The position numbers were made by a program, and so were the translations under genes. From the NCBI GenBank assembly GCA_963776245.1, contig CAVZLN010000007.1:1-64000 (forward strand): DNA of 64,000 bases, in the 5' to 3' direction. Under the pieces are notes generated by a model, which was given only the letters and a program-made list of their open reading frames with translations, did no database searches and was not told where the DNA came from. This document shows positions 1 to 9,791 of the stretch, in pieces (position 1 is the stretch's first letter; the number at the start of each line of letters is the position of its first letter). Origin of the DNA: Candidatus Eiseniibacteriota bacterium. GTDB lineage: Bacteria; Eisenbacteria; RBG-16-71-46.

Positions 1-85
1 TTGTAGCGCTTCGACGACGTATTGCTGCAAGAAAGAGACCGCGCTACTACGGCGTGTCCGCGAAGCGACCGGAGGGCCCGTCGCG

Positions 86-906
86 ATGATCTGCCGCACG
101 CTCCAGATCGGCCGCGCCACCGCCTACCGCCAGGACCGCCCACGGCCCCGGCGCTATCACCGGCAGGAGGACGAAGTGGTGCTGGCCCAGCTGCGGCAGA
201 TGCTGCGCGAGCGCGGCAGCTACGGCTATCGCCGCGCCCGACGGATCGTCAATCGCGAGTTCGGCACGCGCTACAACCGCAAGCGGATCCAGCGCGTGAT
301 GCGGCTCTACGGTCTGGCGCTGCCGATCCGGGGCCGCGGCGCCGCGGGCGCCGACATCGAGGGCAGGTCGAGTGCGTGATCTCGAACCAGCGGTGGTGTT
401 CGGACGTGCTCGACGATCGCGTGCTGGAACGGCGAGGTGGTGCAGCTGGCGTTCGCGCTCGACTGCCGCGACCGCGAGGTCACGGCCCACGTCGCGACCC
501 CGATCCGACCACGGGGCCGAGATCCGGCGGCTGATGCGCAAGCGGTGTTCGCGCGCTTGGGACCGAGAAGCCCGCGGTCCCGATCGAGTGGCTCACGGAC
601 AACGAGGGGATCTACACTGCGCTCGAGACCGTGATCGAGGCCGAGCGGCACCACCTCACGCCGATCACGACGCCGGTGGCGAGCCCGGAGTCGAACGGGA
701 TGGCCGAAGCGTTCGTGAACACGTTCAAGCGCGACTACGTGGCGGGCGGCGACCTGGCCTCGGCCGCGCGGGTGCTGGAGCAGATCCCCGGCTGGATCGA
801 GGACTACAACACGTTCGCGCCGCACTCGTCGCTCGGGATGAACTCCCCGGCCGAGTTCCGTCGCGAACAGCAGACAGTTGCAGACACCGGGTGTCTCACG
901 AAATAG
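86..906 (+). CDS. IS3-family transposase OrfB (DDE/rve), split by frameshifts
   Basis: Motifs YGYRR, RKRIQRVMR, SNQRWCSD, FALDCRDRE, WLTDN, SPESNGMAEAFVNTFKRDY and YNTFAPHSSLG are spread over several frames. Confidence 0.9.
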
Positions 907-917
907 GGGTCAGAGCA
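892..917. repeat. Right terminal inverted repeat of the IS3/IS2-like element
   Basis: 26-bp TGTCT...ATAGGGG...CA overlapping the transposase stop, similar to IS2 ends. The partner IR is not in the window. Confidence 0.65.
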
Positions 918-1005
918 GGGAAGCCTACGCAGCGGGCACGCATTCGGAAGATGCAGGCGCAAGGCCGGCGCTCCGACGGTAGGGGCTTGGGGGAGGCGTG
1001 GTGAC

Positions 1006-1701
1006 ATGATACTCTTTGAGCTCGGTAAGCGGTCACGCGAGGCGTTGCGAAAGCAACCTGAGACAGGGATGGGGTTTCAGTTGGTAGAATCCGCGACCGT
1101 GCTGCAGTCTAGGAACGTCTGGCTGGCCTTGGCGGGGGAGTACGCTGTTCGCTTGGACGACGACGTGGAGACAGAGCGGTGGCTGCGGATGCGCACGGCT
1201 TATGAGCCGCTGCGATTTTGGTTTCGTGGGTCGAAGTTGGAACAAGTCGAATTCCATGACGTCCAGGTGCTCATGCAGCGGACCACAGTGGCCCGTGGTC
1301 CTCACCTAGCGGGGATTGCTCATGGTGCGGCCCCCGCGCGGAGTGCTTTGGTGAAGAAGGCGACCACCAGGTCGGGGGACAGGTTCTACCGCTTCTCGGC
1401 ATCTTCGAAGGACGGGCGGATCGAGGATGAAAGCGGGGACTTTCCAGGTACATATGCGACGTCAGCTAGGGATTGGCTGATGGCACCCTCAGGGTTTGCT
1501 GCAGTAGGTAGGTACGCGCTACCAAATGTTCAGCCAGCATCGTATGTTTACGAGATTGTGCCACGCCCTGACACAGAGATTCACGTCGGAACAGTCGCGC
1601 CCGGCTATGGTCAAGCTGGTGGTGGCGTAGAAGTGTACTTTCCGAGTGGTGCCGCGAATGTGCCCCCCCGCGCCATCGTCCAACGATTCCCCGACGAATG
1701 A
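1006..1701 (+). CDS. Hypothetical protein with a C-terminal TNT/ADP-ribosyltransferase-like (putative NAD-consuming) domain
   Basis: Intact 231-aa ORF with a GGAGG RBS. Motifs FYRFS...TYATS...RYALP...GTVAPGYGQAGGGVEVYF resemble the TNT/DUF4237 signature G-x-[IV]-AP-x-[FY]-GQ-x-GGG-x-[QE]. Confidence 0.6.
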   Translation: MILFELGKRSREALRKQPETGMGFQLVESATVLQSRNVWLALAGEYAVRLDDDVETERWLRMRTAYEPLRFWFRGSKLEQVEFHDVQVLMQRTTVARGPHLAGIAHGAAPARSALVKKATTRSGDRFYRFSASSKDGRIEDESGDFPGTYATSARDWLMAPSGFAAVGRYALPNVQPASYVYEIVPRPDTEIHVGTVAPGYGQAGGGVEVYFPSGAANVPPRAIVQRFPDE

Positions 1702-1984
1702 GCGCCTTGGCATACATGGCACAACTCTAACCGGCTGCCGTGTAAGGGGGCAGTAGCCCTCAGCCCGAAGCTGGCACCAGGCGAATGAGTTATGCCGGAC
1801 TCTGTTGGGTGTCATCGTGGATGGGCGAAGAGCTGGTGGGCCCAGCGAGCGCGATTCCCCTTGGCGATTCCCAATTGTCGGGTGTAGGGTCCGCATGTCT
1901 AGCCATACAGGCTGACGCGAGTTGCAGGTATCCGCCCTCGGCTCGGTGCACAGGGCACGTTGCCTTTGCTAAGGAGGGGCCTCC

Positions 1985-3185
1985 ATGGCCAATCCCACGC
2001 ATCTGACCTTCCCGGTCGTCTCGTTCCGCCATCTCGATACCCCGTTTCAGTCGAAGGGCTTTCGCGATTACTTCGCGATCGTCGAGGTGAAGCAGTCTCC
2101 CCGATCTCTCGGATTGGCGGAAGATCAATGTTCGCGACCCCAAGCTGACGGGCGCGGTCCCGCGCCGGCCATTCGCGACAGCCTGCACGCGAACACCGAG
2201 ACGTTTCTCTTCCTCAATCGCGGGCTCGTTATCTCTGCCGCGGATGTGTCGTTCGACAGTCGCTCCGGCAAGCTCTCGCTCTCGATGGAGGATCCGAACC
2301 TCCACGGCCTGATGGATGGCGGGCACACCTACAAGATCGTCATCGAGGAGCAGGACGGGCTTGAGGGCACCCAGTACGTCCGACTGGAGATCATCCAGGG
2401 GTTCACGAAGGACGATATTCGCGACCTCGTCGACGCACGGAACACTTCGAATCAGGTGCGCGACGAAAGTCTGATGAACCTCGCGGGCGAGTTCGACAAG
2501 CTCAAGAAGGCCGTCGCGCGCCGCCAGTACGCCGACCTCATCGCCTACAAGGAGCACGAGATCATGGAGGACGGCGGATACCAAGCCGATCGACATCCGC
2601 GAGATCATCTCGCTGCTCATGGTCTTCGACCGTGAGCACTTCGACGCCGAGACCCACCCGATCAACGCCTATCGCTCCAAGGCGGCCAGCCTCAACCACT
2701 TCGCTCAGAATCGGGCGTCGTTCGACAAGATCTACCCGCTCGCGCACGACATCCTGCAGCTCTGGGACCACATCCATCTCCAGTTGCCCGAGCTCTACAA
2801 CCGGGCGAGGGGGAAGGGCGAGGACGTCAGCGGCGGCAAGTTCGGGAAGCTCACCGGCGTCGCGATGTACGATGGGAAGCGACGCGAGCCGCTCTACTTC
2901 ATCAACGGCGAATCGAAGTACAGCATTCCCGCGGGCTTCAAGTACCCGATCCTCGGAGCATTTCGCGCGGTCCTCGAAGAGCGCGATGGGCGGTATGTGT
3001 GGGGGAAGGGACTCGATCCGAAGGTCCTGCTCATGGCGGGTCTGGGGGAGACGCTCGCCGGGATCGTCGGGAACTTCGCTCTCGATCAGCGCAATCCATC
3101 GAAGACCGGGAAGTCGGCGCTCGTCTGGCAGAGCTGCTACCAGGCTGCCGAGCTCGTCTACCTGCGGTCGAAGGCCGCGAAGTGA
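1985..3185 (+). CDS. AIPR family protein (abortive infection phage resistance, ParB/DndB-like core), frameshifted in the assembly
   Basis: AAGGAGG RBS. Motifs FLFLNRGLVI, LMDGGHT, VRLEII and ARNTSNQV. ORFs 1985-2635 and 2619-3185 join across a shift near 2580. Confidence 0.8.
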
Positions 3186-5112
3186 TGACCGAAGGAGAGC
3201 CGCAGATGACGCTATTCGATCGGGTGGAAGACCGAATGGTGCTTCGGTTCAGAACCGGAGCCGCAATGCCCGCGAGGCTGGGTGCGGAGCAACTGAAGGA
3301 CGAGATCACGGCGGTGATCGAGCTGGTCAAGAATGCTTATGACGCTGACGCGTCACTAGTGTGCTGTGGAATTCCGCGAGGGCGACGCGGGCCAGACGAT
3401 CACTATCCAGGATGACGGCAGCGGTATGTACCTCGACGATCTTCAGGGTAAGTGGGCGTGGCTCGCCACGGAGAACAAGATTCGGGATGAACGTAGTCCG
3501 CAGCTCAAGCGACGACGACTCGGGCAGAAGGGTGTCGGGCGCTTTGCCGCGCAAAGCTCGGCCACAAGCTGGTGCTCCGCACGCGCCCCGAGGGCGATGC
3601 AAGCACGCTGCAAGTCGTCTTCGATTGGGATGAGCTGCAGGGTGATCGACGAGCTGGGGGACTACGGGTTTCTGATCAAGATCAAGGGTGCAAGCCCTAC
3701 GAGCCGGTGCACGGGTCCCGTCTCGAGATCAAGCCGCTCCGGATCTGCTGGACCAAGCAGCGGTGGGTCAAGCTTCGCGCGCAGCTTGCTCAGCTCGTCG
3801 ATCCGGAGGCGGGGGTCTCGGACTTCACGGTGGAATTGCACACACCATGGCCGAACTCAACGGCGCCCTCACGAATCCACTGCAGGGCAAGGAGACGCAC
3901 TCCCTTGAGTTCACATTGGGGGCTGATGGCGCTCAGCGGATCGTGCTTACGAAGGATGGACAGCCGAAGGTGCAGGCCCCAGGCTAGTCGCGCGCCCGAG
4001 TTTCGGCCGGCCGCGGGCGTCTTCGCTACTTCGGTCAGGGATTCCGGAAGACCGAGGTTAGTCGCGGTGGTGATGCCGAGGCTGACTGGAATATGGGTGT
4101 ACGTGTCTTCCGCGATGCCTGTCGAGTGCGCCCATACGGCGAACCTGGACGCGGAGGGTGACTGGCTGCAGATCTACCGCACCCGCTACACGGGCGGTAG
4201 CCGTTTCCGACTCAAGCCGCACTACCTTGAGGGGTCGATTCACATCACGAAGGATGCCAATCCGGAGCTCCGAGACACAACGAGCCGTGAAGGGATCGAG
4301 CTGAATGACGAGCACCTCGAATTCGTGGACTACGTACGGGGCATGGTGACTATGCTCTCGGAGTTCGTCCGCGAGGACGAGGTCCGCGAGGAGCGGTCGC
4401 GGATCAATGAGCGGTACAAGAAGGCGATGGATCCGCTCTCGGTTGGTCTGAACAGGGTGGAGAGCGACACGTACACGACGGCCGTTGACTGCGCTGATCG
4501 CACCGTTCGCAAGAACCTCGCGGAATCGGGCGTCAAGACGATGTCGTTCGTTAGCAATGCGCATTGGGAGTGTCTTGACTGTAAGGTTGGCTGGAAGGTC
4601 CCTCGCGACCTCACGCCACGCATCTGCTGCGAGCACTCCGTGGGTCGCGACGGCAAACCCACCGGGCGGCTCGGTTGTACGAGCACGAACATTCGACGCA
4701 AGCAGAACGTGGCCTCGCGATGACGATCGCGCTGCCGATATTCAGTCGCACTGGAGAATCTCATGGCCGGCAGTCCTGCCTTCGTCTCCGGCACTCAGCT
4801 GAAGCCGGTCATCGACTGGGAGATGGGCGAGAATGACGAGGAGGCCGAGGTGCGCCCTGACCAGCGTCAGCTTGCCATCAATGGGCGACATCCGCTCTTC
4901 CGAGCCGCGGATCGCTTGACGGGAACGAGACAGAGGAGGGTGAAGCGCTCGAGAATCTGCGCGCGGTTGCCGCGCTCAGCTTGCACATCGTGAATTCCGC
5001 GGCGCACGCCTGGGCGCGTTGGCACTTCGAGCCGGGCCGGGCGGGTGTCGAGACGTATCTCGCCCGCCTCAACGAGCTCAGGTTGGCCTGCCTCGTTGGT
5101 GCGAGCGCGTAG
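3185..5112 (+). CDS. GHKL (MORC-type, HATPase_c_3) ATPase with S5-like domain, Cys-rich insert and helical C-terminus; several frameshifts
   Basis: TGATG overlap with the AIPR gene. Motifs ELVKNAYDADA, DDGSGM, LGQKGVGRFA, GVRVFRD..RVRPYG, NPELRDTTSREG, CLDC...CCEH...GC and LAINGRHPLF. Stop TAG at 5110-5112. Confidence 0.85.
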
Positions 5113-5208
5113 TCCGCATCGGTAAGGACGGAGCTCCAGGTAGCGAGCCAGCCCAGCTGCCAGCGGCGAGCATCCGCTTGTCGCAGAGTCATAGGGAGGC
5201 CACCGACC

Positions 5209-5644
5209 ATGTCCGAGACGCCAGTCACAAGCCCTGAACCGAGGCACCCCCGCAGGCGCGAGACGACAGTGGGTTCTACCAGCCGTACTCAGAGTTCGCG
5301 AGGAGCTTGAGGACGTGGCTCATAGCCTATGGAGTTGGGGGCGCCGGCCTTCGTGCTCTCCAACCCCACGGCGTGGGCCGCCCTCAGAGCCTCGGGTCAC
5401 GCGACCTGTGTCGGCATGATGTTCCTTGTCGGTGTGGCGCTCCAGTCGGCGAGTCGATCCTGTACAAGCACGCCATGTGGCAACTCTACTGTGGCGAGCT
5501 GAGTCCGCCCACAAGAAATCGCGCCGCTACAAACTGGCAGAAGCGATTTCCGAGGCATCCTGGCTCGAGCTGATCATGGACCTGGGCGCGATGCTGCTGA
5601 TTGTGCTCGCGACGATCGTGATGGTGGGCGCACTTCTCAAGTAG
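5209..5644 (+). CDS. Small membrane protein (~145 aa, about 3 TM segments), frameshifted
   Basis: GGGAGG RBS and ATG at 5209. The stitched product reads FYQPYSEFARSLRTWLIAYGVG...MFLVGVALQ...LYKHAMWQLY...LIMDLGAMLLIVLATIVMVGALLK. Confidence 0.65.
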
Positions 5645-5757
5645 CCGCGCTACCCGAGCACGTGAGGGACTGAGCTGACCCCCGGAGCTTCCGAGCGCCA
5701 TTACTGGAAACCGAACCGCTTCGCGCGCTCGCCAGTCACGCCCATGAATGATTCGAG

Positions 5758-6941
5758 CTAGGAGTCACTGGAGTCAGATTCCAACAGTAGGGTGCGTGCG
5801 CGCAGATAGTCGCGCCTGAAATTCCCGCGGTGGCTGTACTTCCACGCTGGTCGCGCCTGGCCGTTCCATTCCAGCATTAGCCGCGACCACTGTGGCTTCT
5901 TGGATGGGTCTTCTCGTCGTTCTTCGACAAACTCGAAGAGCTTCAGGTTCCAGACCTGCATGGCGCGACTGGGGCTGAAGCGCTGGAGTCTCCTGCGCAC
6001 CCTCGCCTGCGCTCGGAACACCGTCCTGGCAGAGACGAATGGGAAGACCTGCAACGTGATAATATCGAGCGCGGGGCTCGCATCTTCGTTGTAGACCGTC
6101 TTCGTCTGCGCGCTGACGGGGTACATCGGGGGCGTGGTCCCGGTCAGCAGGAACCAGATCGTATCGAGCTCCGTCCACCACAGCATCGTCCTCATTTGAT
6201 CCGAGCAGGCGGCAATGGCCCAAAGCACGGAGCCCTTGAAGGTGTCGACGGGCCTGGAAAGGCCATCGCGCTGAGGAACGAGCACGAATCGCGGACTCTC
6301 GCCAGTCTTCGCGTTGTGCCGGAGAACGCGAATGTCCTCGGTGGCTGTGCCTCCGGCCACATCAGCTGGACTTTGAACGACTCCCGCAGGAGTACCTTGC
6401 TGTGAGCGAAGGAAGTGCGCGTGGCCGTCGAGCGGTGCCAACGAACCGGGATCTTGTGCTTGCTGAACACCTCAGGGCTGAGCAGGCGCAAGGCTGGGGA
6501 CGCGAGCAGCTCAATAGCTTCCTCTGGGCTCAAGGTGGTCGTCGGATCATCAAACAGCATCTGCCGAAGGTACCGAACTTGGGCACCCCGCTGCGCGACG
6601 CGGGCGAAGTGGCGGGAGAGGACAATGCAACGCTCGACCTCTTCCTCACTGGCGACCCCGACGAGTTGGCGAGCGGGCATCTTCTTGGCTTCCACCCTGT
6701 CGTCTTCAGCCGGGGGCGGGGGCGGAGCCCCGGCGCGACCCGTCGGCAGGCCGTTCTCACGTTCCAGTGGCTTCGCATCTTCGTGGCATCGCCTGAGCCC
6801 TTGAGGGCCTCACGACACTCGTCGTAGCCGATCTCCTCCCGTGGGTCTAGGGCGATTGCAACCAAGTCTCACCGAGCGCAGGTGCTTGCGCTCCGGGTCA
6901 GTCACTGCCGATCCCGTGTGTCCTTCGCCAGGACTTCCCAT
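5758..6941 (-). CDS. Hypothetical protein divergent from the replication/integrase module, possible regulator (frameshifted; start uncertain)
   Basis: ORFs 6192-6695 and 5758-6441 join into one protein-like sequence. The C-terminus WSRLMLEWN...YSHRGNFRRDYLRAR is basic and helical. Confidence 0.5.
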
Positions 6942-7358
6942 AACGTCGATTCGTCCTTGGGTGTCGATGTGTCATTTAGCGGGCCTCCTAACTGATGCAC
7001 CTATACTGCGCAGTGAAGAGGCACTCAACCGCAATCTGCAGGGAGGTAGCGGAGGCGGGTGCAAGCGAGCAGCGACTCAGGTCAGCTCGGCCCACCGTGG
7101 GCGTCGGGTGATGGGGAACAGGATCGAGCGGCTATCACAGTCGGTCGGATCCCCGCTGTGCGCCTTGAGGGAGCCCGAGGATGTTCCCTGCTTGCGGTTC
7201 GGCCCCTCGAGCACGGCGCGGGACCGAAGACCGGCTGCCACTCAGGGGATGGGGTGGTGGGCCATTCGTGCTGCGTCGTCGGTGACGGAATCCGCATGCG
7301 CCAGCCGGACGCTTGCGGGAAGCAGCGATTCACCAAGACAGACGGCAAGGAGGTCGTC

Positions 7359-7701
7359 TTGACCCTTCAGAAGTCCATGCTGTGCGCTGGCGATACCGTT
7401 GAGCGGGTCGCGGCGGCGCTGCGCGGCGCAGGTCGCGCTCCGTCCGCGTCGGCGACCGGAGGGGAGGCGGCTTGCCCCGCCTGCGTCTGGTGCCATGGCC
7501 ACCGCGCCTCGCTGGACCTGGGCGCGAGGCCTCTCCGGGCCAGCGAGAGTGAACTCGCGGACGGGCGTCGCATGGGCGCGATGCGGTGTACCCGCGGCCG
7601 TAGCCCTCCTCGCCATCCTGACAGCACTGCCGGTTCTGGTGACCTTCGACTTGGTCTGTGACGACGCGTTGCCGAGGGTGCCGCTCGAGGCCCGGCCGTG
7701 A
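7359..7701 (+). CDS. Small primase-type zinc-binding domain protein (frameshift near 7597)
   Basis: AAGGAGG RBS and TTG start. AACPAC..CH..ASL...DGR...RCTRG..LAILTAL...DL resembles primase N-terminal zinc-binding domains. Its stop overlaps the next GTG start. Confidence 0.5.
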
Positions 7702-9298
7702 ACGATCGCACCCTGCAGGAGTGGTCACCCGCCCCCAGCCTGGCCATCGATCAGGCACCCGCCTCGGTGAGCGAACGACCAACCATCCTCGTACGCCCTG
7801 AACTCAACGTGGTCACGGACGAGGCGGAACGTGCCTTGCGCAGGCGTGGCGTCGTCTTCGTCCGCAGCCGACGGTTGGTGCGCGTCGTGCGCGAGCAACC
7901 CGGTGGTCTGCCGGGCCTTGAGCGGCCTGCCGGGGCGCCAGTGATCGAGGTGCTCAACGTGGCGGCCTTGCGTGGCTTGCTCGACGACGCCGCGGAGTGG
8001 GTGCGTTGCAATGCCCGCGGGCAGCGGGAGACGCCCTCCCTGCCGCCGGTCTGGGTCGCTGAGACGCTCGCGTCGCGGGGTGCGTGGCCCTTTCCAGTGC
8101 TCGAGGGAGTGACGGAAGCTCCCTCACTGCGACCCGACGGGACGGTGCTCGACCGGCCCGGCTATGACGCCACCACCGGGCTGCTCTACGAGCCTTCAGG
8201 GAGATTCCCGCCGGTACCCGGCGTCGCCGACGCGTGAACAAGCACAGCTCTCGGCCGCGGAGTTGTGCGAACCGCTGGTGGATTTCCCATGGCTTGAGCC
8301 GAGCGATCGCGCGGCGGCCGTGGCTGCGACGCTGACGCTCGTGGGGCGCGCCGCGATACGGGGTCCGGTCCCAGCGTTTGCCGTGCGCGCGACGGCCCCG
8401 GCCAGCGGCAAGGGGCTGCTGGCGGATGCGATCACGATCGTCGGGACCGGGCGGGTGGCAGCGCGTATGACCACCGCCGGGCGCGACCCCGATGAGCTGC
8501 GCAAGCGCATCCTCGCGGTGGCCCTCGAGGGCCTGCCGGTGGTCCTGATTGACGATATCCAGCATCCACTGGGCTCCGAGCACCTGGCGGCCGCGCTTAC
8601 GGCCGAGGTGTGGCAAGACCGCCTGCTCGGGATCTCGGGCACGGTTGCCGCTCCCCTGCGAGCGGTGTGGTTGTTCACGGGCAATGGGCTCGTGTTTCGC
8701 GGCGACCTCGGGCGGCGCGTCATCCCGATCGACCTGGAAGCCAGGGTCGAGTTTCCCGAGGATCGTTCGGGCTTCCAGCACGTCGACCTCAAGGCCTATG
8801 TGCGCGAACGGCGACCCGAGCTGGTGCGCGCGGCGCTGACGGTGCTGCGCGCCTATCACATCGCGGGGCGCCTGCCGCCATGGAGCCCGTCCCCGGATCG
8901 GCTCGTTCGAGGCATGGGATGACCTCGTCCGCGGGGCCTGTATGTGGGTAGGGCTTCCCGACCCCGCCACGGGGCGCCGACGCATCCGCGAACAAGATGA
9001 CTCCGATCTCGCCGCATGGGCCACCGCGCTTCAGGCGTGGCGCGCGGCGTTCAGAGACGGAGCCATGACGGCGTCGGCCGCCGTCGCCCACGCCGAGCTC
9101 GGGGCGATTCGAAAGGTCAGCGGCGGCCCGACCCTGCGGGATGCGCTACTCGACCTGCTAGGCAAGGAGAAGCTGACAGGGAGTGCGCTGGGATACGCCC
9201 TGCGCCGCGTCCGGGGACGGATGGTCGGCGGCTTCCGCTTTACGTCAGAGGGCAACCAGCGCCCTGCGGCCTGGAAGGTGGTCGGGCCGGAGGATTGA
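7698..9298 (+). CDS. Phage/plasmid primase-associated P-loop helicase-like replication protein, frameshifted
   Basis: P..RPDGTVL..PGYD..TGLLY, Walker A APASGKGLL, Walker B VVLIDDI and WLFTGN...GDLGRRVIPIDL. Found as three consecutive ORF pieces. Confidence 0.75.
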
Positions 9299-9449
9299 CG
9301 ATCATGAGGATACTTCCCCCTCTCTACGACTGAGAGGAAGAGTGACAGGAAGAAGAAGGAGGCCGATTCCATGCTCATCATCGTCGCCCCGCGCCAAGGT
9401 GACGGTGAAGGGCTTGGGTAGGGGACCATGATGAGCGGGATGGCCACCC

Positions 9450-9791
9450 ATGTCGGCTGAACTCGGCACTCTCCTGCGTGCCCTGCTCGACGACGAGTCC
9501 AGGCTCGCGGCGCTCACGCACGAGCAGGAGCGAGGCTCATGGTCGCCAGTCTCCGCGCCGTCGTGGGTGAGGCGCGGCGCGTCCTCGGCCGGCTGCCGCA
9601 CTGGTCCGCCGCTCCGCGGAGCTGAGGGCGACCTGCTGACGGTCGACGAGGCCGCGGCCCTGCTCCGGGTCTCGCCGCGCTGGCTCTACCGGCACGCCAA
9701 GACCCTGCCGTTTGCCCGCAAACTGTCGCGAAAGGTCCTGCGCTTCTCGCGGGCCGGGATCGCGCGCTACCTGGCCACGAAACGACCATGA
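9450..9791 (+). CDS. Excisionase-like helix-turn-helix DNA-binding protein
   Basis: DLLTVDEAAALLRVSPRWLYR...LRFSRAGIARYL (HTH_17 pattern), directly upstream of the integrase. Confidence 0.8.
   Translation: MSAELGTLLRALLDDESRLAALTHEQERGSWSPVSAPSWVRRGASSAGCRTGPPLRGAEGDLLTVDEAAALLRVSPRWLYRHAKTLPFARKLSRKVLRFSRAGIARYLATKRP

Larger units (their letters stand above)
30..917 (+). mobile_element. IS3-family (IS2-like) insertion sequence, left end missing
   Basis: OrfB-type transposase fragments are followed by TGTCTCACGAAATAGGGGTCAGAGCA (892-917), which ends in CA and resembles the IS2 terminal IR. Confidence 0.85.

Noticed and set aside
20..90. Programmed -1 frameshift site of the IS3 element
   Set aside because: The expected A-rich slippery run is not intact (CAAGAAAGAG), and the region is at the noisy window edge.
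3185..5112. Sensor histidine kinase annotation for the GHKL protein
   Set aside because: The ATPase is N-terminal with a MORC-type S5 region, and no H-box or response regulator is present.
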